From positions 1,634 to 65,633 of the forward strand of contig JBBIPE010000001.1 in NCBI GenBank assembly GCA_037443005.1: a stretch of 64,000 nucleotides of DNA, given 5' to 3'. Positions 51,566 to 60,308 of this stretch are shown in pieces. Both the position numbers and the translations under genes were made by a program. Source of the stretch: an archaeon. Its GTDB lineage: Archaea > Nanobdellota > Nanobdellia > Parvarchaeales > Parvarchaeaceae. The notes beneath the pieces are model-generated. The model was given only the letters and a program-made list of their open reading frames with translations. It had not been told where the DNA came from and searched no databases. How positions within the stretch are numbered: the first letter of the stretch is position 1; every line of letters starts with the position of its first letter.

Positions 51566-52498
51566 ATGAGTCCAGAAGAATTTTGGGGTTTTATAATTGG
51601 GGTTATAGCTCTTGTTTTATTGTTAGCATCCAGCATTTTCTTTTCGGCATTGTTTTATCTGTTTATAGCAATCTTTATAGTACTTCTTGGCAGCATCTTT
51701 TTCATCGTTTTCGTGAAGAAATACAGCCAGTTTGAAAGAGGAATAATATTCAGATTGGGTAAGTTCAACAGGATAACAGGACCGGGTTGGGCGGTAGTAA
51801 TTCCTTTCTTTGAACAAGAATACAAAAAGGTGGATGTACGTGTAAAGATGATGGATTTAAGTTCACAGAATATATTCACTGCAGACGACCTTAAACTCTC
51901 GATTGATGGTACTATATATTATCAGATAGTAGATCCGGAAAAAGCTACTTTACAGATTGATAATTATGGTCAGGGCCTTTCAAACCTTGTTCAGTCCGCA
52001 GTCAGGAATTCAATAGCTTCGCTTACAATGAGACAGGTTTTCAGTAGTCTTGACAGGCTGAATGATATACTTGCAGACGCTATAAGGCATATGACCTGGA
52101 AATGGGGGATAGATGTACCTTCTGTACAGATAAGGAGCGTTTCTCCATCCAATGAAGTTATACAGGCCATGCAGCAGCCTGAAATAGCTGCAAATCTTTT
52201 GCAGGCGCAGAGATTCAAGGCTGAAGCCCAAAAGATAGTAATAGAAGCCATAGGAGAAGGAGGTAAATCGCTTGATGACAAATCTATAATGTATCTTTAC
52301 CTACAGGCTTTGAAGCAAGTTGGGGAATCCAGCTCCTCAAAGATAGTGCTGCCTATGCAGTTCATGCAGGGTGCCGGAAATATGTTAGGAGGTATAGCAG
52401 GCCTTTCTGCAACGGCTTTAGCTTCTCTTGGAGGACAGGAAAACGTCCAGAACGTAATAGACAAGATAAAGGAAAAAATATCGCGCGCTGGCGGTTAA
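51566..52498 (+). CDS. SPFH/Band 7 (stomatin-like) membrane protein
   Basis: QFERGIIFRLGKF..GPG, VDVR, WGIDV. Confidence 0.92.
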   Translation: MSPEEFWGFIIGVIALVLLLASSIFFSALFYLFIAIFIVLLGSIFFIVFVKKYSQFERGIIFRLGKFNRITGPGWAVVIPFFEQEYKKVDVRVKMMDLSSQNIFTADDLKLSIDGTIYYQIVDPEKATLQIDNYGQGLSNLVQSAVRNSIASLTMRQVFSSLDRLNDILADAIRHMTWKWGIDVPSVQIRSVSPSNEVIQAMQQPEIAANLLQAQRFKAEAQKIVIEAIGEGGKSLDDKSIMYLYLQALKQVGESSSSKIVLPMQFMQGAGNMLGGIAGLSATALASLGGQENVQNVIDKIKEKISRAGG

Positions 52499-52985
52499 AA
52501 ATGTGAGCGGGAAATCTCACAGTCTTTAGAAGTGGGATGAAAACGAAATTCGGATAAAATATATATTAGCATGTTATTAGCATGTAAAACAACATAAAAG
52601 ATATGGAGGTAATAAGATCCTATAAATTCAGGATCTATCCAGACATAAAGAGACAGTCGGAAATAGACAATATGCTCGTTCTTGCGCAAAGGCTTTACAA
52701 CAAACTACTTGAGAAATCAATTCAGTCATACAAGAACGGAAATAGTAAAATCTCCATGTCGCAGTTCAATGAATTCGAGAAAGAGACAGATACAAATATA
52801 TCAGTAAATATACTCAGAATAGCTACCATCGGACAAAGTAGAAGTAACATTCAGGGAGATTCTGTTAGACTTCAAAAGGAGGCGGGAATCAAAGAACTGA
52901 GAACCGGTAAAACATATCCTTTGCATAATGCGGTAAACACATGAAACAAAGGAAGCCCATGGAATTTATTCGTGGGAGGATTCAC
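52499..52985 (+). mobile_element. Miniature IS200/IS605 element copy 3, with internally deleted tnpB ORF 52603-52944
   Basis: Follows TTAA; same left end; about 60 aa of TnpB N-terminus (SYKFRIYP...LYNKLLE) fused to TDTNISVNILRIA; right hairpin CCCATGGAATTTATTCGTGGG then GGATTCAC. Confidence 0.9.
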
Positions 52986-53701
52986 TTTTCCAGGTTAAGT
53001 GCTGTGTAAAGCTCCTTTATATCCTCTATGATATAATCTGGCTCGGATTTCTCCTTTCTCTTTTTATCTTTGTTGTATCTATCAAAAAGCACAGTAAGCA
53101 TACCTGCTTCCTTTGCATTGTCTATATCAACCTCCGGCATATCTCCAATGAATATAATCTCCTCAGGTCTTAAGCCGAGAAGTTTTGCCGTTTTTATGAA
53201 TGCATTTACCTCTTTTTTGCTTTCTTCTATACTTTCCATTGCTATAACAGTCAAGTCGAAATTTTTCATGAATGGCAGATTTTTAATTGTATTGGATTTG
53301 CTCCCTGGATACATCCCCTCACCGGTCAGTAAACCTATCTTTAATCCGTTATCCTTTAGTTTTTTTATCACCTCTTCAACGCCTTCGGAGAATTCTATCC
53401 TTCTGAAAAGGTACTCCTCAAAAATATCAGAATACTTGTCTAAATGGTCTTTTTTGAATTCAAAGCCAGATACCTTTCCAAAAAGCTCATAGAAAAGAGT
53501 CCTGTTCCTTTCCTTATAAGGCGTATTCTTGAATTCCTTATTTACTCTGTGATTGATTTCATTGAAAAGCTCTTTATTAAGGTCTTTAAAGTCTTTTTTC
53601 ATCTCATTTAAAACGGCTTCATCGGCCTTTTCTATTGTGCTGGATGCGTCTATTAGAGTGTTATCAAGATCGAATAGCACTCCTTTTATTTCTTTTTTCA
53701 T
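52982..53701 (-). CDS. HAD-family hydrolase
   Basis: FDLDNTL, IGD..EVDI..A..AG; start at MKKEIK (53701). Confidence 0.92.
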   Translation of the reverse strand: MKKEIKGVLFDLDNTLIDASSTIEKADEAVLNEMKKDFKDLNKELFNEINHRVNKEFKNTPYKERNRTLFYELFGKVSGFEFKKDHLDKYSDIFEEYLFRRIEFSEGVEEVIKKLKDNGLKIGLLTGEGMYPGSKSNTIKNLPFMKNFDLTVIAMESIEESKKEVNAFIKTAKLLGLRPEEIIFIGDMPEVDIDNAKEAGMLTVLFDRYNKDKKRKEKSEPDYIIEDIKELYTALNLEK

Positions 53702-53712
53702 AAAAAACAAAA

Positions 53713-53784
53713 AGCCTCCGACGGGTGCTGGCCCCGTGACCTTCTGCTTACAAGGCAGACGCTCTGCCGCTGAGCTACGGAGGC
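53713..53784 (-). tRNA. tRNA-Thr(TGT) with atypical T-loop
   Basis: Reverse complement GCCTCCG TA GCTC AGCGGCA GAGC G TCTGC CTTGTAA GCAGA AGGTC ACGGG GCCAGCA CCCGT CGGAGGC T; all four stems pair fully. Confidence 0.88.
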
Positions 53785-53853
53785 TTATTAAATCCTTGAA
53801 TACCCTATTAACTTTTGATAAACTTATATATTTTATGTTTGAGTTATTTAACA

Positions 53854-54471
53854 ATGGAAGAATATGAAGTTATAGAGCATCTTAAATCCGGTGCAGAAGT
53901 GGATAATAAGTTTTTAATAGTTGCCCTAAATTACAAGATACCAACATATATAAAATTTGAAAGTATACTGGATTTTAAGGTGTGGGACAAAGTAAATTTG
54001 GATAAAAATGATGTGTTCTATAATAATTCAAAAGTTGGTGAGGTAAAGACCTTCAAAAGCGCAGACGATGTAAAAATAGATACAAGGTTTGATATAAAAT
54101 ACACCGGTGGTTACTCCCTTGACGGCAATAAAGTATACCTGGATGAGCATTTTCCAAAGGATATAATAGTTGACGGCAAGCCAGTAGATACAATTGAAAG
54201 TATAGACAGGCATCATGAAGTTACCGAAAAATGGCTTATAGACGATGCATATGAATATGCATATGCACATGAAGTTGCAACTAAGATTGAAAGAGAATAT
54301 ATAGAATCCATTGGAATAAACTGGGATAATTACTGTAAGGAAGTCAACAAGAACCTGCATGAGGTTTACAATACAAAGGCGGAAAAAACACCTAAAGACC
54401 TCGATCTAGCGCCGTATTTCTATTCCAAGGACGAGGAAGCGCTAAAAGAGATACGGGAAACAAAGCAATAA
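53854..54471 (+). CDS. Hypothetical protein with candidate metal-binding HExxE and H motifs
   Basis: GGYSLDG..VYLD, HHEVTEKWL, AHEVA; start at MEEYEV. Confidence 0.7.
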   Translation: MEEYEVIEHLKSGAEVDNKFLIVALNYKIPTYIKFESILDFKVWDKVNLDKNDVFYNNSKVGEVKTFKSADDVKIDTRFDIKYTGGYSLDGNKVYLDEHFPKDIIVDGKPVDTIESIDRHHEVTEKWLIDDAYEYAYAHEVATKIEREYIESIGINWDNYCKEVNKNLHEVYNTKAEKTPKDLDLAPYFYSKDEEALKEIRETKQ

Positions 54472-54480
54472 TCTATCTGA

Positions 54481-55230
54481 ATGGAAGTAAAATTTATCGA
54501 TGTACACGCACATCTATGCGATTCATTGTTTTTAAATAATATAAAAGAAATTGCCAGCAGGCTAAGCAGAGATTATATTGTTCTCAATACAGGTGAAAAC
54601 TCGCTTCAGAATACCGAGATACTCGAATGCTCAACGGTATACCCGTTTATTATGCCCTGCATAGGCCTGCACCCGAATGAGATCGCAAAAATGAGCTATG
54701 ACATGGCAATGAAGGAGCTGGAATACCTATCAGATAACGTTTCAAAGGCGTATGCAATCTCGGAGGTTGGTCTGGATTATAAAGGAAAAGATATATACCA
54801 GATTGAGCAGGAAAAGGAATTTTTATATAAAATATTTGAAATCGCACAGAAAAATAAGAAAGTATGCATAATTCACAGCCGCAAGTCAATTGAAGATGTA
54901 TTTGAGATGTTATCAAGCTTTGATATTAAAGTTATAACCCACAATTTTGAGGGTAACTTAAGGCAGTTAAGGCATGCACAGGATATCGGGTTAAATATAA
55001 GCATATCCACCGGATTTATGCGCTTTAAAAAGGATAATATAATAAGGAACGTAGAACTCGAGAAGCTTTTTACGGAAACAGATTCTCCTGTCTTAAGCCC
55101 GGATGACAAAACAAATACTCCGTTGAATATCCCAAAGCTTTTAAATTATATAGCAAGTCTAAGGGATATGAATATTGAAGAATTAAAGTCCGTAGTATAT
55201 TCGAACTTAAGGAGGGTATTTAATGATTGA
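54481..55230 (+). CDS. tatD: TatD-family nuclease
   Basis: DVHAH, GLHP, EVGLD, IHSR, ETDSP. Confidence 0.93.
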   Translation: MEVKFIDVHAHLCDSLFLNNIKEIASRLSRDYIVLNTGENSLQNTEILECSTVYPFIMPCIGLHPNEIAKMSYDMAMKELEYLSDNVSKAYAISEVGLDYKGKDIYQIEQEKEFLYKIFEIAQKNKKVCIIHSRKSIEDVFEMLSSFDIKVITHNFEGNLRQLRHAQDIGLNISISTGFMRFKKDNIIRNVELEKLFTETDSPVLSPDDKTNTPLNIPKLLNYIASLRDMNIEELKSVVYSNLRRVFND

Positions 55231-56137
55231 TACTGTTTTTCTTGGTACTTCTTCTGCCTTTCCGACTGTAAAGAGAAATCATCCTGCTGTGTACATCTCT
55301 TTAAACGGGGATAGGATGCTTTTTGACTGCGGTGAAGGGACTCAGAGGCAGATAAGAAAAGCTGGATTAAGTCCGTCCATAGATTTTATCTTTATAACCC
55401 ACTGGCATGGCGATCATTCGCTGGGAGTAGGAGGGATTATACAAAGTCTTAATATGCTGAAAAGCGACAAACCTCTTCATATTTTCGGACCGCAGGGCAC
55501 GCGGGAAAGCGTTGATAACATAATAAATTCCTATAAATTTTACAACAAAGTACTAGTTAAGAAATCACCAATAAATGCGGTGAAGGAAAGAACTATTCTT
55601 GATGGAAAAAGTTACTATATATCTGCATTAAATGTCAAACATTCTGTAAAATGTCTTTCATACAAGATAAAAGAAAAGGACAGTAGAAATATACTAGTTC
55701 AAAAATTGCCAGAGCTGGGCCTAAAGCCGGGAAAGCTTCTAAGCAAGCTTAAGGAGGGTAAAGATATCATTTATAACGGGAAAAAACTGAAATATAAGGA
55801 TTTGACGTATGTAAAGAAGGGAAAAGCGCTTGCTTATGTAACAGATTTAAGGTATGAAAAGTCTATACTTCAATTTGTTAAAGGAGTGGATACACTTATA
55901 ATAGAAAGCACTTTTGCAGCCGACTTCAAAAAATCCTATGATTTCTTTCATCTTAATATAATTGAAGCAATGAAAATTGCAAAATATTCAGGTGCGAAAA
56001 ACGTTTACTTTGTCCATACTAGCCAAAGATATGAGAATACGGACACATTAGAAAAAGACGCAGACAAGGTATTTAAGACGCTTGGCTGCAAATTTAATTA
56101 CTTTTTTCCAAATGATCTTGACAGGATAACTATCTAA
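55223..56137 (+). CDS. rnz: Ribonuclease Z
   Basis: LGTS..PT..RN, FDCGEGTQ, THWHGDH, exosite, H-SQRY. Confidence 0.93.
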   Translation: MIDTVFLGTSSAFPTVKRNHPAVYISLNGDRMLFDCGEGTQRQIRKAGLSPSIDFIFITHWHGDHSLGVGGIIQSLNMLKSDKPLHIFGPQGTRESVDNIINSYKFYNKVLVKKSPINAVKERTILDGKSYYISALNVKHSVKCLSYKIKEKDSRNILVQKLPELGLKPGKLLSKLKEGKDIIYNGKKLKYKDLTYVKKGKALAYVTDLRYEKSILQFVKGVDTLIIESTFAADFKKSYDFFHLNIIEAMKIAKYSGAKNVYFVHTSQRYENTDTLEKDADKVFKTLGCKFNYFFPNDLDRITI

Positions 56138-56186
56138 TAACTTGAATAGAAATATATTTAAATGTCTTACTCTTTATTAAAGAAAT

Positions 56187-57218
56187 ATGAATTCAATTAC
56201 TGTAAGCGTGATAGGCCCATATAGATCCGGAAAATCTACTCTTGTAAACAAGCTACAACAGAGAAAGGGTATAGAAGAGGATGTTTCCTTCTTTTTCTTT
56301 AAATATGGAGGAAAGAATGTAACTCTTATAGATACTCCTGGAGACATGGATAATCCTACATTACTGGCGTCTGTTCTTACAGTTTCAGATGCAATAATAT
56401 TCTGTGTTTCAACTGAGAACGGTGTAAATCCACAGGTAGGTGAGCAGATAATTATGGCCAACACTGCAGGGATAAAGCACGGCATGTTCTGTGTAACAAA
56501 AGCGGATATATCAACTGCGGATGAGATAGATCAGCTTAAAAACAATCTTTCTGCGATAATAAAAAATACAAATTTGCAGAGTTTTGAGATAGTCATTATA
56601 GACATAAACAATGACCAGAGCATAGCCGATATAAGAGCGAAGATATCGGCTTTTCCTTATTACCAAGAGAATATAAGCAAGCCTTTTAAGATTCTAATAG
56701 ACCACGCATTTGAATCAAAAGGGATGTCAGTTGCAGTGGGAATCATGCCTTCTGGAAAGATAAGCATTCATTCGGATGGAATTATAACACCGGAGCCTTT
56801 TACAAAGGAGATTTCAATAAATTCAATCCAAATCAATCAAGAAGATATAAATTCTGCGGAGGCAGGCGACAGAGTCGGAGTTTCAATAAAAGGAATATGG
56901 CCCTGGGATCTTCCGAGAGGAGTTGAGATTAGGACAAAGAATTCCTACAAAGACATCAAAGAAGGAAACATGTCAATAGATCTTATACCTCTGTACAAGC
57001 AGGAGATAAAAGATGATACTAAACTTATCTTAGTCTGTAATTGGCAGAATGCCGTTATAACATTAAGCGATGTAAAACATGAAAACAATAGGATAACTGC
57101 CCACTTTACCTCTGATAAAAATGTATGTTTTGATGAAAATGATAGGATGCTTTTGATAAACAAAGACCTACCTATAAGATTTCTAAGGGTAGTGGGAAAG
57201 CCAGTAATAAGCGATTGA
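56187..57218 (+). CDS. EF-Tu/SelB-like translational GTPase
   Basis: GPYRSGKS, DTPG, TKAD, IDHAF..KG, AGDRVG. Confidence 0.8.
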   Translation: MNSITVSVIGPYRSGKSTLVNKLQQRKGIEEDVSFFFFKYGGKNVTLIDTPGDMDNPTLLASVLTVSDAIIFCVSTENGVNPQVGEQIIMANTAGIKHGMFCVTKADISTADEIDQLKNNLSAIIKNTNLQSFEIVIIDINNDQSIADIRAKISAFPYYQENISKPFKILIDHAFESKGMSVAVGIMPSGKISIHSDGIITPEPFTKEISINSIQINQEDINSAEAGDRVGVSIKGIWPWDLPRGVEIRTKNSYKDIKEGNMSIDLIPLYKQEIKDDTKLILVCNWQNAVITLSDVKHENNRITAHFTSDKNVCFDENDRMLLINKDLPIRFLRVVGKPVISD

Positions 57219-57278
57219 ATAATCTGAAATGATTATTAAAAAAGGACAATACAATAATATTCTGAAAAGTTATATTAA

Positions 57279-57452
57279 AAATTTAAGTTGGAAATCTTTC
57301 ATCCTTTAGAAGTGAGCTGAAGGCGAACTTCTAACAAATAAAATCTCCAAAATTATCGGCTTGTCAGTCTCGCTGGGAATGCACATTGTGTTTGTGGTAT
57401 CATTCATCATCAAACATGAAGCCCATAGAATTTATTCGTGAGAGGATGTCAC
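57279..57452 (+). mobile_element. Miniature IS200/IS605 element copy 4 (174 bp), with probable tnpA remnant
   Basis: Follows TTAA; degenerate left end GGAAATCTTTCATCCTTTAGAAGTGAG; internal SVSLGMHIVFVV; right end GAAGCCCATAGAATTTATTCGTGAGAGGATGTCAC. Confidence 0.8.
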
Positions 57453-57544
57453 TTAATCGGCGTTTGTTTTAATATAAGTATCTCTTAAAACCTGCTTAAA
57501 TGTTAATCCGCTAAATTTTTAATACATTCTTGTTTTATACTATC

Positions 57545-58537
57545 ATGGCTGAAAAACTTAGAAACAATGAAATAAGAGTTGATTACAGGACGGGAATAGA
57601 GATACTATTTTCAAGTATAAGAAATGATAGGCCCGCAGATTTTTATAAAGTAAATAATGAATGGAAATCAGATCCCTCAAAATGTCCTTTTGAGTATGGA
57701 AAGGAAGCCTTAAACAAAACAATAAAACTTGTCGGAGGAGATGAGCATTCATGGAAACTTAAGGTAATAGAAAATAAATTTCCCATAGTCTCCCCAAATT
57801 TTGATTTTACGGCTTCAGATAGTTTCTTAATAGAAAAACCGGCTTTTGGTTACAGCGAAGTTATATTTGAGACTCCTATACACAATTTAAGATTTTCGGA
57901 GCTGAAAAAAGAGGATTACTTGAGATGGCTGGACATAATTATAGAAAGGGAAAAATACTTATACTCAAAGGATAGGGTAAAATACGTTTACATCTTCAAA
58001 AATGAAGGCCCAAGAAGCGGAGCAAGCCTTTCTCATACCCACAGTCAGATAATAGCTTTTGAGGAAGTGCCAGAGAGGATTAAAACCGAACAGAAAAATA
58101 TAAATTATTTCTTAAAATCAAAAAATCAATGTCTTTATGAATATGCACTAAATTATGAACAAGACAGGGTTCTTGTTGAAAATAGTACATTCATAGCATT
58201 TGCGCCTTTTGGATCTACTATGACAGCAGAATCAGTAATTATGCCTAAAAGACATATTAATTATATAGGTATGCTTTCACAGCAGGAAAAGATTGACTTT
58301 GTGGATGTACTTTCAAAAGTTATTAAAACGAATGAAACATTGTTTGGAAAATTGTCTTATAATATACTTTTTCACGAACTGAAATCCGATAGTAACTTCC
58401 ATTTTCATGTTGAAATCTATCCAAGAGTGATAACATTCGCAGCGGCCGAATTTGCAGGTTTTAATACCAATCAACTTTTTCCTGAAAAATACACTGACAT
58501 GTTTGTAAACGCTGATAAAGAAAGAGAAATAAATTAA
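57545..58537 (+). CDS. galT: Galactose-1-phosphate uridylyltransferase family protein
   Basis: CPFE.G.E, NKFP, G.SEVI.E, FKNEG..SGASLSHTHSQ, HFHVEIYPR. Confidence 0.92.
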   Translation: MAEKLRNNEIRVDYRTGIEILFSSIRNDRPADFYKVNNEWKSDPSKCPFEYGKEALNKTIKLVGGDEHSWKLKVIENKFPIVSPNFDFTASDSFLIEKPAFGYSEVIFETPIHNLRFSELKKEDYLRWLDIIIEREKYLYSKDRVKYVYIFKNEGPRSGASLSHTHSQIIAFEEVPERIKTEQKNINYFLKSKNQCLYEYALNYEQDRVLVENSTFIAFAPFGSTMTAESVIMPKRHINYIGMLSQQEKIDFVDVLSKVIKTNETLFGKLSYNILFHELKSDSNFHFHVEIYPRVITFAAAEFAGFNTNQLFPEKYTDMFVNADKEREIN

Positions 58538-59475
58538 AGATTCTTCTCCAGATACTTCGATATCTTTGGATATATAACTTCTAATAGTTCCGGCGGATAA
58601 CTTTTTATAGCGGTCATAAATTTATCACGGTTTTCTTTTGTTAGATTAGCTTTAAGCCAATTCTCTATATTTCCAAAGTCAAGCGTTTCATATTTATTTT
58701 TATCTATATCTAAACCATAGGCATTCCTTTTTTCTTCTTTTATTTGCAGGTTAATTGCGTCCACAATGTGTTTCTCATTATTTGCTCCAGCAGGTGATTT
58801 TATTATGTAATCCATACTTTTTTCATTTAAAGCGTATAATCCACCATAAGTCACAGCATATTTTTCATGTTTTCCAAAGTATTTTTCAAGGTCATCTGAC
58901 GAAGGCTTTTCCTTTAATTCTGATATTTCAAGCATATCATCTAATTTTCTGTGTTTAAAGACTCCACATTTTAACGCTTCATCCTTATCCACTTTAGTCG
59001 TTGAAAACATTACTTCTCCATTGAATTTTTCTATGAAGTAAGAAAGAAAATTTCTGTCTGTATTTTTTTCTATTATTATATTGTCTCCGTTTATAACCAG
59101 GTATTTTTTCCCAATAAGTTTGTCTTTTGCCGCTGCAAGAGCATCTGCTGGGCCTCTTGGCTTATTAATAGAACTGTCTACGTTTTGATAAACAAGCTTT
59201 ATACTTATATTTTTGTCATATTGTTTTAGTTCTTTTTCTAGGCCCTTGACGTAATCATTTTGTACTTTAAAACAGTAATTGTTATCTTCATCTTTTCTGC
59301 TAATAATTATTATATCTTTTATGCCGTTATCAATTAGATTTTTTATGTGGTGATATAATATCGGTTTATCCTTATATAGAACCATTGTTTTTGGTATGAA
59401 GTTGGTGACAGGTTGTAGACGGCTACCGTTTCCAGCAGCTAAAATTACTGCACTTTCTAATTTTATGTACGGCAT
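58534..59475 (-). CDS. Sugar-phosphate nucleotidyltransferase (GalU/RmlA-like)
   Basis: VILAAGNGSRL.P.T...PK, NGDN, EKP. Confidence 0.9.
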   Translation of the reverse strand: MPYIKLESAVILAAGNGSRLQPVTNFIPKTMVLYKDKPILYHHIKNLIDNGIKDIIIISRKDEDNNYCFKVQNDYVKGLEKELKQYDKNISIKLVYQNVDSSINKPRGPADALAAAKDKLIGKKYLVINGDNIIIEKNTDRNFLSYFIEKFNGEVMFSTTKVDKDEALKCGVFKHRKLDDMLEISELKEKPSSDDLEKYFGKHEKYAVTYGGLYALNEKSMDYIIKSPAGANNEKHIVDAINLQIKEEKRNAYGLDIDKNKYETLDFGNIENWLKANLTKENRDKFMTAIKSYPPELLEVIYPKISKYLEKNL

Positions 59476-59529
59476 AATCTACAATAATAGATACAAGAAT
59501 ACATCTACTATTAATACTTATTTTTAGTT

Positions 59530-60180
59530 TCAGCCTAGAAGTATATTCTCTGTTATCAATGCAGGGATCGTTTTTATCTTCTCTATATCAAAGTCTGTTT
59601 CCTTTAAAAGCAATTCAAGTAAAATCTTCTCGGCTTCCTCTTTCTTTATATTACCATCTGATAAGTCTTTACTTATTTCTCTATATCTTACTGAGTCTAT
59701 CATTGGAAAATTCTCATATTTTTTAATGTAGTCGTTAATTTCTTTGGAATAATCCTTTTTCTCATCTATATTCAACATCTCTTTCCAGAGACTAACTTCT
59801 TTCTCTCCAGTTTCCTTGCTGTCTGATGCATGTACTAGGTTTATCCCTTTTGTAGTTCCATACCTCCCTCTTATAGATAAGGGATCAGCTTTTTCACAGA
59901 TTGTTTTACCCAAAAGATTTCTTACTTTTTCCGTTACATTATCCCCAGCTGCTATTATTACTGCAAGTTCTGTGGAGCTCATGAAGTTTACTAGATTATC
60001 ATAAAAAAATTTGCCCTTATGTTCTCCATAGTGTTTATCCGCAAGAAAGCTTTTTTCTGGTTTAAGTACGTTGAAGAATTTTATTTCTACACCTAATCCC
60101 ATTATACTTTTAAGGGCCCTTGCACCCGAGTATCTTCTTATAATTCCATCTGGCTTAAGCAGTATTAGCATTTCTTCCAT
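59530..60180 (-). CDS. ndk: Nucleoside diphosphate kinase with C-terminal extension
   Basis: LLKPDG, HYGEHKGKFFY, SIRG.YG, NLVHASDS. Confidence 0.93.
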   Translation of the reverse strand: MEEMLILLKPDGIIRRYSGARALKSIMGLGVEIKFFNVLKPEKSFLADKHYGEHKGKFFYDNLVNFMSSTELAVIIAAGDNVTEKVRNLLGKTICEKADPLSIRGRYGTTKGINLVHASDSKETGEKEVSLWKEMLNIDEKKDYSKEINDYIKKYENFPMIDSVRYREISKDLSDGNIKKEEAEKILLELLLKETDFDIEKIKTIPALITENILLG

Positions 60181-60308
60181 TATCTTTTTTATCTATGATA
60201 TAATATAAATCTTCTCTTAAATTATAAACAAAAGTATTTTATAACGAAAGATTACAAAACCTTATAATGTATGTGCCCTTATAATCTATAAAAAAGGGAG
60301 TAAAATTT

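Noticed and set aside
45193..57456. TTAA target-site duplication (piggyBac/MITE-like) around the mini elements
   Set aside because: TTAA follows TCAC only in copies 2 and 4; copies 1 and 3 lack it, there are no terminal inverted repeats, and the copy 3 empty site reconstructs cleanly without duplication
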